Part shown: positions 28,813 to 39,409 of the stretch, piece by piece
Layout: each line of letters opens with the position of its first letter
Position numbering within the stretch: the first letter of the stretch is position 1
Assembly (NCBI GenBank): GCA_963718525.1
Contig: OY970355.1
Location: 608,001-672,000 of the forward strand
Length of the DNA: 64,000 nt
Direction: 5' to 3'
Origin: Candidatus Dormiibacterota bacterium
Lineage (GTDB): Bacteria > Chloroflexota > Dormibacteria > Aeolococcales > Aeolococcaceae
Notes under the pieces: model-generated
The model's input: only the letters and a program-made list of their open reading frames with translations
Told to the model about the DNA's origin: nothing
The model's database searches: none
Program-made: the position numbers and the translations under genes

Positions 28813-29952
28813 TCAGTAGATGAAGCCCTCGACGTCGGTGAGCGATGAGATCAATCGCTGGTCGACGATCCCCAGGCCGTCGACGTTGGCCTCGTCGACG
28901 ATGAAGTTGGTCGGGTTCAGCACCAACTCCACGTAGGCGACGTGCCCGAGCGGGCTGTAGCCGTTGCCGGGACCGAAGACGACGATCGCGCCCACCCTGG
29001 GGATGATGCCCTCATGCTTTCCTCGGGCCGCCGCCGCGATGAGCCACTCCCAGGCGTCACCGCCCCAGGTGACGTCGCGCAGGGATGCGACGTACCACGT
29101 GCACTGGCCCCACGGGAAGTCATCGACGCGTGGGCCGTAGGCGAAAGGTGGCAGCGCTCCATCGATCGAGCCGGCTCCGCCTCCCGACGCTCCCAATGTC
29201 GCTGCCTGCACCCCCTCCGCCGTCGCGAGCTGCGTGAGGACGTCCTCCAGACGGTGCATCAGGGTCGCTGCCGAGCCGGTGAGCCGCGATGCCTGCTGCT
29301 GGTAGCGCGCCTGATCCTGCAGCGACTGCGCCTGGAGGGTCTGCACCGCGGCGGCCTGAGCGGCGATCTGCTGCTCCTTATACTGCTGCTGCGACTGCAG
29401 TTCCGTAAGTTTGTCCGTGTTGGCGCGCACATCGAGCACCAGCGTGTTCATGTTGTCGGTCACCTGCTGGTAACTCACCATCGTGTCGAGTGCGTCCAAG
29501 AGTGTCTTGCTCTGCAGCAGCGTGGTGAGTGCGGTGCCGTTGGTAGTGAGCATGTACCTCGCGACGATCAGCGCGCCCAGGCGGGTGCGGTCCGATTGCA
29601 GCCTTGCCTCCGCCGCCTGCGCGAGCCCGGTTGTTTTCGCGAGCTGCGAGTTGGCCGCGGCCAGCTCCACCTGCTCGGTGTCCAGCTGTGTTTGCGCGGC
29701 GGCAGCCTGCTGCCCAGCCTGCACGGTCTGCGCCTCGAGCGGCGCGGCCTGCATCTGCAGCGCCATGATCTGCTGCTCCAGTGCTTGCGCCTTCGACTGC
29801 AACTGCACGACTTCAGGACTTGGCGGAGCGGTCGGGCTCGGACTCGGGCTGCCGCCGGGAGTCGGTGTGGCATCGGCCCGTGCCGAGATGCCGGATAGCG
29901 CGGCCATGACGCAAAGGCACAAGAGGGCCGCGGTCGGCCGGACGGGAATCAA
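28813..29952 (-). CDS. Secreted coiled-coil plus CHAP peptidoglycan hydrolase (PcsB/CwlO-like)
   Basis: Signal peptide, Gln/Ala coiled coil, WGQCTWYV, LGHVAYVE, VDEAN. Confidence 0.9.
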   Translation of the reverse strand: MIPVRPTAALLCLCVMAALSGISARADATPTPGGSPSPSPTAPPSPEVVQLQSKAQALEQQIMALQMQAAPLEAQTVQAGQQAAAAQTQLDTEQVELAAANSQLAKTTGLAQAAEARLQSDRTRLGALIVARYMLTTNGTALTTLLQSKTLLDALDTMVSYQQVTDNMNTLVLDVRANTDKLTELQSQQQYKEQQIAAQAAAVQTLQAQSLQDQARYQQQASRLTGSAATLMHRLEDVLTQLATAEGVQAATLGASGGGAGSIDGALPPFAYGPRVDDFPWGQCTWYVASLRDVTWGGDAWEWLIAAAARGKHEGIIPRVGAIVVFGPGNGYSPLGHVAYVELVLNPTNFIVDEANVDGLGIVDQRLISSLTDVEGFIY

Positions 29953-30283
29953 TGGGCAGGCGTGGCGTTCATGAGCGGCAGTGCAGCCAGTGCAACACGA
30001 TCGCCACGAGCAATTGGCCTACCGCAGTGTCACAACCCGGTTACGTAGGGGCCGAGCCCGTCTTGCGACCGCACAAGCAAGGCTGGTCGGCGAGATCTGG
30101 ATGGTTGCGCAGAAGGAGGTCTGCAAGGGCTCCAGTCACACGCTGTCAGCTCAACGCAGCGAATGCAGAGGCCTGGGGAAGGCCACAGAGCTTCTCGTGA
30201 ACGCGCGTCTGCCTGAGGCCCATCGCGGTGCCACCACGTGCGGTGGCGCCGCGAGGCCCCTTAGTCGCTTCGTGGACACAGAT

Positions 30284-30925
30284 CTATATCGCGATTCTCC
30301 AGACTCCCCGCCCGTGTGTCGCCGCATAGATGTATCCGTCCGGCCCAACTGTCACGTCGTCGACCACCACACGGGGCAGACCCGTTCCCAGCCGCGACCA
30401 CGAGGTGCCGATCCCCTTGCCCTCGTTCGCGACGAACATGCCCATGTCGGTAGCGAGCGCCAGCTTGTGGTGGACCAACACCAGCGCGTCGCCGCCGATG
30501 TCAGGCAGGTTTCCGGAGATGTTCGTCCGCGACGCGCCTCCGTTGGTTGTTTCGAACACGTGACCGACACCGCCACCCGGGATGAAGCGACGTGAGTAGC
30601 CGTTGAAGATGGCATAGGCATGAGCCGGGTTCGACGGGTCGACGGTGACCCCGGCGATGTAGCGATTCGGCAGACCGGTCATGTTGACCTCGTGCCATGT
30701 GCCACCGTAGCTGGTGGCTATGCCTGAGGCGAAGCCGGGACCCGGGTTGCCCCCGGCAGCCACCCAGGCCGCGTAGATGATGCTGCCGCCACTGGCCGAG
30801 GACAGCGCCGTGACTGCGTTGCCGGCACCCGTGTCATACACGTTCTGCCAGCTGCACGAGACGTTGGTGCAGGAGGTGCTCCACCCTGCCGTGCTCACCC
30901 AGACGTAGCGACCGCCGATCAGCTG
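30284..30925 (-). pseudogene. C-terminal fragment of a BNR/Asp-box beta-propeller glycosyl hydrolase-like protein
   Basis: GGRYVW..VTVDPSNPAH..VFETTNGG..ATDMGMF..AATHGRGVW; no N-terminus or signal peptide. Confidence 0.7.
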
Positions 30926-31227
30926 GATCGAGGTGACCCCGAAGGTAGCGTCGCGCGGAGCCTGCGCCCTCAGATGAGCTGACGTGGACGTATCCGTTCT
31001 GCAGTCCGTCGCCGATGTCGCTGCCTGTGACTGCAGTCGTATCGGCTAATCCGATGGTGCCAAGGCTGCTGATCGACTGATCTAAAGGTCACCCAGGGTT
31101 GGGGCAGCGGGTGGGCAGCGGGCCGGGACTGAGCCCTTGGCGGGCGGGTATATCAAGGAGCGCGCTGACCCTCGCAACATCGAAGCGCTTTCTCTGAGGG
31201 TGTGTCCCGAACATCCAGTCCACCAGC

Positions 31228-33213
31228 TCATTGACTCGAGGGTGGCTCCTCCAAGGCCAGCAGTGCCTCGAACGCCGCCGGCTCGAGTGGCCGACTGAAG
31301 AGGTAGCCCTGGGCGAGGTCGCAGTTGCGTTGCCGGAGGTAGGCCGCCTGCGCCGCGGTCTCCACTCCTTCGGCGACCACCTTGAGGCCGAGCACGCGGG
31401 CCATGTCGAGGATGCTCTCGGCCAAGGTTGAGCCCGGGTCTGCCGCGGCCAACTCATCGACGAACGTCTTGTCGACCTTGAGCGTGTCGAAGGGCAGCGC
31501 ACGGAGGCGCGCGAGCGCCGAGTAGCCGGTGCCAAAGTCATCGATGGCCAGCTTGAGGCCCAGTGCTTTGAGCGCCTGTAGGGTCGTCAGCGCGTCGTCG
31601 GACTCGGCGATGGCCACGCCCTCGGTGAGCTCGAGCTCCAGGTTGGCGGCGGGAAAGCCGGTGTCGAGAAGTGTCTGCGCGACCGAGTTGACGATGTCGA
31701 GGCTCTGGAGATTGCTCCCGGAAAGGTTCACCGCCATGCGCATGGCGGGAAAGCCCGCCGCGCGCCACGCCTGGCCCTGCTCGCAGGCACGGCGCAGCAC
31801 CAGGGCGTCGATGTGGGTCGCCAGGTTGAGCTCCTCCGCGACGGCGATGAAGACCACCGGGCTGATCGGTCCGCGGCTCGGATGGTGCCAGCGCGCCAGC
31901 GCTTCCGCTCCGACGATCGCGTCCGTCTGCATATCAACAACCGGCTGGTAATTGACGGTGATGTTGCTGGCGGCGATCGCATCGCGAAGGTCCTCACCGA
32001 GCTGCAGTCGGTCAACCAAGTCGGAGCGCATCTCCGATACGAAGACCTTGCACTGTGACTTGCCTTGACGCTTGGCGAAGTACATTGCGAGGTCGGCGTC
32101 GGCAAGCAACGTATTCGGTCTGGGCGAGCCCGACACCGCTGACGAGATGCCGACGCTGACATGGCCGGTGACGTCTTTCCCATCCAGGTTGAGGGGCTCT
32201 CGTAGCTTGGCGACGACGCGTTCTGCCGCCGCCAGGGCCGGGACTGCGCCGGTGCCAGGGAGAAGTACGGCGAACTCATCACCGCCGATGCGGGCGACCG
32301 TGTCCTCCGGACGGAAACAGCTCACCAATCGCTGCGCCATGGTAACGAGGAACCGGTCGCCCGCTTGGTGACCGAGGGTGTCGTTGATCCGCTTGAAGTC
32401 GTCGACATCCAGGTAGAGGACACTGTTGTAATGCTTGCGCCTGCCGGTCACGGCGGCGACCTCCATGCGCTGACGGAAGAGCTCGCGGTTGGCGAGCCCT
32501 GTGAGCGGGTCGTGGAGCGCCTGGAAGGTCAGCTGTTGCTCGTACTCGTGGCGTTCGCTGACGTCGCGGATATTGAGGACGATCCCGTCGACGGCTGGAT
32601 GGCCGAGGCGGTTGGTCATCCTTCCCGAGACGTGGCGCCAGTCGCCGGTCGGGAGGCGCAGCCGCGCCTCCACGCCAGCAGTACTTCCGATGCCGCCGGT
32701 GCTGACTTCGGTCCAGGCCTCTGTGACACGGGCGAGGTCCTCCGGGTGAACGATGTCGCCGAGGCGTGCCGCGTCCAACTCGATGCCGAACTGCTCGCGA
32801 AATGCGGGCGTGGCGAAGGTCACTCGAAGGTCGCGGCTGATGACCAGAATGTCGTCGCTGGCGTTCTCCACCAGCGCCAAGAGACGCTCATTCGCCTGTT
32901 GGAGCTCGACCTGGGCGGCGTATCGCTGCGCACTCTCCTCGAGCAACCGTCCATTGAGCTCCGTGAGCTCCGCGGTGCGGGCAGCCACACGCTCGTCGAG
33001 CAGGTCCTGAGCGGCTTGCAACTCCTCGGCAAGCATGTTGAGACCGACGATGATCGCGTCAAGGTCGTCGTCGGCCCCCAACACGTTGGCCCGTGCGGAG
33101 AACTCGCCAACGGCCAACCGGGTAAGCAGCGCGAGCGCCTCCGCTATGGCGTCCTCATCGACCTGGGCACCGCGATCGGTGACGCCGATGGTCAGCGGAA
33201 AGACGTCAGCCAT
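31228..33213 (-). CDS. HAMP-PAS-GGDEF-EAL bifunctional c-di-GMP enzyme
   Basis: ARIGGDEF intact, EALARW, DDFGTGYS, AEGVET; N-terminal HAMP-like helices without a TM segment. Start uncertain. Confidence 0.92.
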   Translation of the reverse strand: MADVFPLTIGVTDRGAQVDEDAIAEALALLTRLAVGEFSARANVLGADDDLDAIIVGLNMLAEELQAAQDLLDERVAARTAELTELNGRLLEESAQRYAAQVELQQANERLLALVENASDDILVISRDLRVTFATPAFREQFGIELDAARLGDIVHPEDLARVTEAWTEVSTGGIGSTAGVEARLRLPTGDWRHVSGRMTNRLGHPAVDGIVLNIRDVSERHEYEQQLTFQALHDPLTGLANRELFRQRMEVAAVTGRRKHYNSVLYLDVDDFKRINDTLGHQAGDRFLVTMAQRLVSCFRPEDTVARIGGDEFAVLLPGTGAVPALAAAERVVAKLREPLNLDGKDVTGHVSVGISSAVSGSPRPNTLLADADLAMYFAKRQGKSQCKVFVSEMRSDLVDRLQLGEDLRDAIAASNITVNYQPVVDMQTDAIVGAEALARWHHPSRGPISPVVFIAVAEELNLATHIDALVLRRACEQGQAWRAAGFPAMRMAVNLSGSNLQSLDIVNSVAQTLLDTGFPAANLELELTEGVAIAESDDALTTLQALKALGLKLAIDDFGTGYSALARLRALPFDTLKVDKTFVDELAAADPGSTLAESILDMARVLGLKVVAEGVETAAQAAYLRQRNCDLAQGYLFSRPLEPAAFEALLALEEPPSSQ

Positions 33214-33745
33214 GCCACGGCATCCGGCTCCGACCGGAACATGCGCATTGGCGCCTGCGACTTGCGCAGTCCGATGAAGAAGTTGGCCATCATGCGCGTG
33301 ACAGCGGATCCGGTGAGCTCTAATCCGTATGGTCAATTCCCCCCAATCGCGTCACTCCCGCCACACAACCGCAACGCAGCGCACTACTATTCAGCCTGAC
33401 GCGAAACACTCGGCTGTCGTGCTGTCAGCCGGTTCGCGGTAGGGGATGGGTCTTCCGTGGTCTCGATCAGACCGGTGACGGCAGCCGGAAATCTCGGCTG
33501 CGGGTTCGTTGGGGAGGACAGCACGTCCTCTCTTGGTGCCAGCTGCGTCTGCAGCGCCTCGTGCATTGCCGACGGTGACTACTCCGTCACGAACGACGAG
33601 CCGTCCACGCTCATTGAGCGGCGGTGAGCTGCCGAACGGTGCGCCTGAGCATCACACGACACATTGCCTGATATGAACGCGCGTCGATCCCGCGGGACGA
33701 CGTAGCCACCGAAGAACTGTCGATACGAAAGCGAAAGGGGGACAC

Positions 33746-34513
33746 GTGAAACGGATCAGAATCGCCCTTGCGGTCGCGACGCTGGGGCTAGCCGCTATCG
33801 TCGGGAGCTCAACGACGGCGCGAGCCGGCAGCGGCTGCCCCGCACCCGGCGGTGGAATGTGCGACTTCAACTGGTCTGGCTACGCCGCAGTTGCGACGGC
33901 GAGGTTCACTTCTGTGACCGGAAAGTGGGCGGTGCCAAGCGTTACCTGCCAGGGTCTGCCGACCGAAGGGGTGATGACGTGGGTGGGCATGGACGGCTTC
34001 CAGGTTGGTAACAACACGGCGGAGTCCGGCGGCACGTTCGCGCAGTGCAATCAGGGTCAGCCGACCACCTACGACGCCTATTGGTTCATCGAACCCGGTG
34101 GCGTGATCACATCCCTCTATCAGGTATATCCGGGTGACCAGATGCAAGCGACAGTCGCGTACGTCAGCGGCAAGTTCAAGATCACTGTCGCCGATCTGAA
34201 CAAAGGGCACAAGCAGACCAAAACGGTCTCCGAGGTGTGCGCGCCCGGTTGTCAGCGCCAATCTGCAGAGTGGATCGCTGAGGTGCCGTTTGACAACATC
34301 ACTCAGGGCAATCTCCCGGAGTGGAACGCTCCCGGTAACAAGCTGGGGTTCTCCGCGTGTTTCGCGACTGCTGGAGGCAAGAAGCTCGCCATCGGCGGGC
34401 TAGTTAACTACCCGATCGCGGTCTGGGACTCGAGTCAAAACGTACTCGCGTTGCCGACTGTTCTTGGGTCAAAGGGTCAGGGGTTTACCGACCTGTGGGA
34501 GGACGAGAACTAA
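33746..34513 (+). CDS. Secreted G1 family (eqolisin) glutamic peptidase homolog
   Basis: NWSGYA, WVGMDG, PGDQMQATV, SAEWIAE; signal peptide; SD AAGGGGG. Confidence 0.85.
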   Translation: MKRIRIALAVATLGLAAIVGSSTTARAGSGCPAPGGGMCDFNWSGYAAVATARFTSVTGKWAVPSVTCQGLPTEGVMTWVGMDGFQVGNNTAESGGTFAQCNQGQPTTYDAYWFIEPGGVITSLYQVYPGDQMQATVAYVSGKFKITVADLNKGHKQTKTVSEVCAPGCQRQSAEWIAEVPFDNITQGNLPEWNAPGNKLGFSACFATAGGKKLAIGGLVNYPIAVWDSSQNVLALPTVLGSKGQGFTDLWEDEN

Positions 34514-34516
34514 GCA

Positions 34517-35148
34517 ATGAACACAAATCCACAACGCAAGGCGCTTTTGACAACGCGCGCAAGCTGGCAGGGCTCGTCGCGCTCGCAGCGCTCATTCCAG
34601 CAGCGGCGTTCGCCGCCACCGCAGTGACAACCCCACCAGGACCCTACACGGCGTGTTCGAGTTCGAAAGAGGTGCTCACGGTCGAGGTCAAGGGTAAGTG
34701 TCCCAGCGGGACCGTTCAGGTAACGATCAATGCCCAGGGCGTCCCCGGTGCAACCGGTGCCCAAGGACCCTCTGGACCGCAAGGTCCTCCCGGGCCCACA
34801 GGACCCCCGGCGAGCGCGTCGGGGGATGTGGTGGTTACTAGCACCACCATGACCGGGGGTTCGGGCGGGAACGGCGTGCCGGGCGGGACATACCAGTGGT
34901 CGATCGCGCTGTGTCCAAGCCCGGGAGAGAGCTATGCGGTTGGTGGTGGCTCGAGCCTTGCCAACGTCCCGACTGACGGCAGCGCCGAAGCCGGCTTCAC
35001 CTTAGAAGAATGACAGCCGCACGACATTGGGACATTGGGCGGAACGGACGCCACCGGATGGTATTCGGACTACCAGGCCAATGGCTACCAGTATCCGAAT
35101 GGCCCGGCCAATTGGACTGTTACGACCTGGGTTATTTGCTCGTTCTGA
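34517..35148 (+). pseudogene. Collagen-repeat secreted protein interrupted by a frameshift (about 34557) and an in-frame TGA (35011-35013)
   Basis: ATG 34517 is out of frame with the signal/collagen frame (about 8 Gly-X-Y repeats). Reading past the TGA completes the domain (QP..TGW..VTTWVICSF*). Confidence 0.7.
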
Positions 35149-35163
35149 GAGATTAGGAGAACC

Positions 35164-35592
35164 ATGAGTATTCGACCATACCTTGCTACCGCAGGCGCGG
35201 CCGCCGCTACGGCGCTGTTGATTGGCTCTGCCATCGCTGGCCTCGCCGCCTCCAATGCGACCCCACACGGGTCATTAAAGGCCAGCACAAACTTCGTCAG
35301 CATTCCGGGCGACGGACCCGGGGGGTGCGTGGAGAGTGGTCCGACCGGCGACGTCGTGACCTGTCATGTGACGTTGTCGAACCCGAAGTCCTCAAACGGG
35401 GCGGCAATAACGTGGGCGGTCGTCGGAACCCCGAGCGATACCGACACTGTGACGCCATCAAGTGGCACGCTTGGTGTCGGAAAGTCCGTCAAGGTGACCA
35501 TGGTCACGGGTTGCTATGCGTGGTCCGCTTTCGACTTCCTCGACACGTCGACAGGCCTCTCCGGTGCACCCGTCATGTTCACCTGCGGCTGA
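35164..35592 (+). CDS. Small secreted Ig/BACON-like protein
   Basis: Signal peptide; VTLSN..ITW..TVTPSSGTLGVGKSVKVTM; SD AGGAG. Confidence 0.75.
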   Translation: MSIRPYLATAGAAAATALLIGSAIAGLAASNATPHGSLKASTNFVSIPGDGPGGCVESGPTGDVVTCHVTLSNPKSSNGAAITWAVVGTPSDTDTVTPSSGTLGVGKSVKVTMVTGCYAWSAFDFLDTSTGLSGAPVMFTCG

Positions 35593-35602
35593 GCGGAACT
35601 CT

Positions 35603-35628
35603 GAGGGAGGGCGAGCGAGCCCTCCCTC
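35603..35628 (+). terminator. 10-bp hairpin
   Basis: GAGGGAGGGC-N6-GCCCTCCCTC. Confidence 0.6.
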
Positions 35629-35714
35629 GTCAATATGTCGCGTCTGCGATTCGCAACTTGATAACGAGTTAGCGCTGTGGAGGTATTACTTTCGCTGGGC
35701 TCTATGCTTCAACA

Positions 35715-36483
35715 ATGCCAGTTGGCGCTCGCCTGATTCGCCTCGCGCGGGATGGCACGTGTGAGCACTGCAGTCGCGGAGTTGTCACTGGTGAGATGGC
35801 TTGGTGGACGAGGGGCAAGCCGACTGTAACCTGCCTTGTGTGCCTCCCCGCCGCGGGCGAGCAAGCGCTCCAGATCGCTGACACGCTCGGACCGGCCGCT
35901 TCGGACGTACTGCCTGAGGCCTCACCGGCGCTGCTCGTTACTTCCGACGGAGGATCCTCAATCGACGAAGGCCTGGGAGCGTGGCTCGATTGGCGAGAGC
36001 AAGGTCGCCAAGACGCTCGCCAAGCTCAACCAGGACGACATCGTCGTCCTTCACGACCGAAGGGTTGCTGGCACCCACGGAAACATCGATCACCTCGTGA
36101 TTTGCCCGTCCGGCATTCTCGTTGTCGACAGCAAGCGATACGCGGGTCAGGTCCATACGAAGGACGTCGGTGGGCTCTTAGCTCGCCGAGACATACATCT
36201 GTTTGTAGGACGTCAATAGTGCACGCCCCTCGCGGCGGCGATGAAGTGGCAGGTGGCCGCAGTTCAGGCCGCAATTGAGGGCAATCCAACTCCGGTGCGG
36301 CCCGTCCTCTGTTTCATCGACGCAGAATGGCCATTGTTCGGGGGACCAACGGAGTTCCAAGGGGTGCTCATCGAATCCGATCGATCACTCCGCCGACGTG
36401 CTACCGAAGCAGGCGAGCTGGACGCCGAGGAGGTCTGTCAGATCGCCATGGTTCTAGCCCATCGCCTCCCAGCCTCTGCATGA
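35715..36483 (+). pseudogene. Zn-ribbon plus NERD nuclease-related protein, frameshifted and with an in-frame TAG
   Basis: CEHC..CLVC, frameshift near 35930, AWERGSIGE..LHDRR..NIDHLVICPSGILVVDSKRY, TAG at 36217-36219, then in-frame MKWQV..PVLCF. Confidence 0.8.
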
Positions 36484-36762
36484 GCATCCGAAGCGCGTGA
36501 GCCTCGACATTCGGTTCGCACAGGGATCTCTCTGATGCTCCCGGCGATGACCGACGGCGATCACTAAGATTCGAGCGCGCCGTCGGCATCGACTAATACG
36601 AAATTGCGCGCTGCTACGCGCGGCCGATAGCGCGAGCTGTGCAAGGGATTTGAGTCAGTGTCTCTAGCGTCGGATATTAAACGATTCGCTTGTTGTGATC
36701 GCCTGCGAAGGGCCAGAATTGGGTCGCTCGAGTCAATGACTGCGCCGCGCCTTCACGCTGCA

Positions 36763-38811
36763 TCATTCGGTTGTCGGCGCGACGGCGTCGATCACGAAAG
36801 CCAGCCAGAAGGCCTCGTCGAGCCACGCGTCGTAGCGTCCTGACGCACCGCCATGGCCGGCTCCCAAATCGGTCTTGAGCAGGATGGCGGCGTTGCCGTC
36901 GTCAAGCTCGCGTAAGCGAGCGACCCATTTCGCCGGTTCCCAGTAGCCGACGCGTGGATCGTTGAGCCCGGCCGTGACGAGGAGCGCGGGATGCACGGCG
37001 CGGGCGACATTATCGTACGGGGAGTAGCCGCGCATGTACTGGTACGTGGCGGCGTCCTCGGGGTTCCCCCACTCCTCGTACTCGTTCACCGTCAGTGGTA
37101 GGCTCGGGTCGAGCATGGTGGTGAGACAGTCGACGAACGGGACCTGAGCAACCACGGCGGCGCCCAGATCGGGCCGCAGGTTAACGGCGGCTCCCATCAG
37201 TAGTCCGCCAGCGCTGACGCCGCGGATCGCCAGTCGCTCGTGGTTAGTGAAAAGCTGCGCGACCAGGTGGTCGGCACAGGCGCAAAAATCAGTGAAGCTG
37301 TTGCGCTTGTTGAGAAGCTTACCGTCCTCGTACCAGTGCCTTCCCAGTTCGCCACCACCACGCACGTGGGCGATTGCATAAATGAAGCCGCGGTCAAGCA
37401 GGCTCAGCCTTTGGGAGTTGAAGGTCGGATCGACGCAGGATTCGTAGGACCCGTAGCCGTACAGCAGCGCCGGCGCATTGCCGTCCAGCTCAACGTCGCG
37501 CCGGTGGACGTACGAGATGGGCACTCTCACGCCGTCGGCGGCAAGAGCCCAGAGCCTCCCGCTCACAAAGTCGGAGGGGTTGTATCCCCCGAGAACCGGC
37601 TGCTCCTTGACGAGCGTACGCTCGCGCGAATCCATGCCGTAGTCGACCGCCGAGACCGGGGTCACCAGCGACGTGTATGCGAAGCGGAGCGTGTCTGTGT
37701 CCCACTCCGGATTGGGTCCGAATGTAGCTGTGTACACAGGCTCGGGTTGGTCGATGACGTGGGACTCCGCATCGCTCAGCCGTAGGACGCTGAGCCTCTG
37801 CAGCCCATCAGCGCGCTCAGTCAGAACGGCGTGCCGGGCGAAGAGATCCACACGCTCGAGCTTGATTCCATCACGGGGCGGGATGTACTCCCGCCAGTGG
37901 GCACGGCCAGGCGATCCGAATGGCGCTGTCATCAAGCGGAAGTTGACCGCCTCATCATTGGTCACGATGAACAGCCTGTCGCTGTGGTGATCAACCGAAT
38001 ACTCGATGCCCTGTCGGCGTGGCTCGACCACCACAAACTCGCCGGTGGGATCATCGGCACGCAGCAGATGCACCTCGCTGCTGACGCGGCTGTTCAACGA
38101 TATGGCGATGACATCCCGGCTTCGCGTGAGCGCCACAGATGCGAAGAACCGTTCGTCGGCTTCCTGGTAGAGAAGTGCATCCGCGTCGCACGCATCGCCG
38201 ACGTGGTGACGCCATACCTGCCACGGACGCATAGCGGCATCGGTGCGCGTGTAGAAAACGTAGTTGGCGTCGCTCGACCACGCGAGCGAATAGTAGACGC
38301 CATCAATAACGTCAGGAAGATCCGCGCCGGTAATGAGGTCGCGGAACCGCAAGCTATGGAGCTCGCCCCCGCTGAAGTCGACGCTGTACGCGAACAGGGC
38401 GTGGTCCGGGCTTACCACGGCGTCGGCGAGGTGGAAATACGTGTGACCGGCGGCTACAGCATTCTCGTCGAGCAGGATCTGTTCGCCGCCGCCGGCGAGC
38501 CGGCGACGACAGTGCATCGCATACTGGCGGCTTTTGAGAGTGCGCGTGTAGTAGACGTATGGGCCATGACGGATGGGCGCGCTCGTGTCGCTCTGCTGCA
38601 CGCGGGCCACGATCTCCGAGTAGACGCGTTCGCGTAACGGGCCGAGGTGCGCGAGCGCCCGTTCGGTCCATGCGTTCTCGGCCTCGAGGTGGGCGATGAC
38701 AGCTGGATCGTCCCTGTCACGCAGCCAGGCATACTCGTCGATGCGCTCGTCGCCGTGGGCGCGCTGCACGACCGGGTGGCGGGCTGGGATCGGCGGGGAG
38801 GCGCTGTGCAC
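36763..38811 (-). CDS. ptrB: Oligopeptidase B (S9A serine peptidase)
   Basis: DEYAWLRD, LLYGYGSY, HVRGGGE, GVSAGG nucleophile, NDPRV, GAGHGG. Confidence 0.93.
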   Translation of the reverse strand: MHSASPPIPARHPVVQRAHGDERIDEYAWLRDRDDPAVIAHLEAENAWTERALAHLGPLRERVYSEIVARVQQSDTSAPIRHGPYVYYTRTLKSRQYAMHCRRRLAGGGEQILLDENAVAAGHTYFHLADAVVSPDHALFAYSVDFSGGELHSLRFRDLITGADLPDVIDGVYYSLAWSSDANYVFYTRTDAAMRPWQVWRHHVGDACDADALLYQEADERFFASVALTRSRDVIAISLNSRVSSEVHLLRADDPTGEFVVVEPRRQGIEYSVDHHSDRLFIVTNDEAVNFRLMTAPFGSPGRAHWREYIPPRDGIKLERVDLFARHAVLTERADGLQRLSVLRLSDAESHVIDQPEPVYTATFGPNPEWDTDTLRFAYTSLVTPVSAVDYGMDSRERTLVKEQPVLGGYNPSDFVSGRLWALAADGVRVPISYVHRRDVELDGNAPALLYGYGSYESCVDPTFNSQRLSLLDRGFIYAIAHVRGGGELGRHWYEDGKLLNKRNSFTDFCACADHLVAQLFTNHERLAIRGVSAGGLLMGAAVNLRPDLGAAVVAQVPFVDCLTTMLDPSLPLTVNEYEEWGNPEDAATYQYMRGYSPYDNVARAVHPALLVTAGLNDPRVGYWEPAKWVARLRELDDGNAAILLKTDLGAGHGGASGRYDAWLDEAFWLAFVIDAVAPTTE

Positions 38812-39409
38812 GTGAGAGGAATTCGAACAATAGCGTTCTGGCTGCCCTAGCCGCTCCTTTCCAAGCGAATGCTCGCCGATAAGCGTGAAATGCCGGTGCC
38901 GCTGTGGATGGTCCACCACACGGCTTCAAAGCCGCAACCGGGGCGGGAACTGCAAAGTCAGGTCCTCGCGTCGCTGTTCCACCCTCGTCGGCGGTGGCCA
39001 ATTGGGCGGTCGACACGTCTCGGAGAACGGCAACGTCGACGCCTACAGCCTCAGTTGAAGGTGCGCTTCACATGTGCGTCGGCCGTTTGGAGTGCCGCGC
39101 CGCACCGTGCCGTCGCTTGCGCGGGAGAGGCACCTCAAGTCATCCTTCAACAGTTCGGTGAACGGCAGCGAATCGTCATCCGTTGCGCGCTCTCGTGCAG
39201 CGGTGCGCGCTCCGGACCTGAGGCGCAGCACGCACCGAGGCGCATCGCCCTCGGTCGCCAAGGATGCTCGCGCCACGGCATCCGGCGGCGCGCTCCCGTC
39301 CACGCCATGACCATTGACAAACTCCTATCGATGGGGCGCGCAATCGCTGGCGCGCTCGAGGCATGCGGGTCGTCGGTCACCTGCAGACAGACGACACGTC
39401 GCGCACGGG

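Noticed and set aside
29953-30280. c-di-AMP (ydaO) riboswitch upstream of the CHAP hydrolase
   Set aside because: Expected from context, but the conserved sequence elements were not recognisable.
35011-36219. In-frame TGA and TAG as selenocysteine, pyrrolysine or genetic-code reassignment
   Set aside because: Both genes also carry frameshifts, the positions are not catalytic Cys/Lys sites, and TGA/TAG end many intact genes in this window.
38830-39400. Small ORFs between ptrB and the hybrid kinase
   Set aside because: No frame shows convincing coding character or motif, despite one AGGAG-like sequence.
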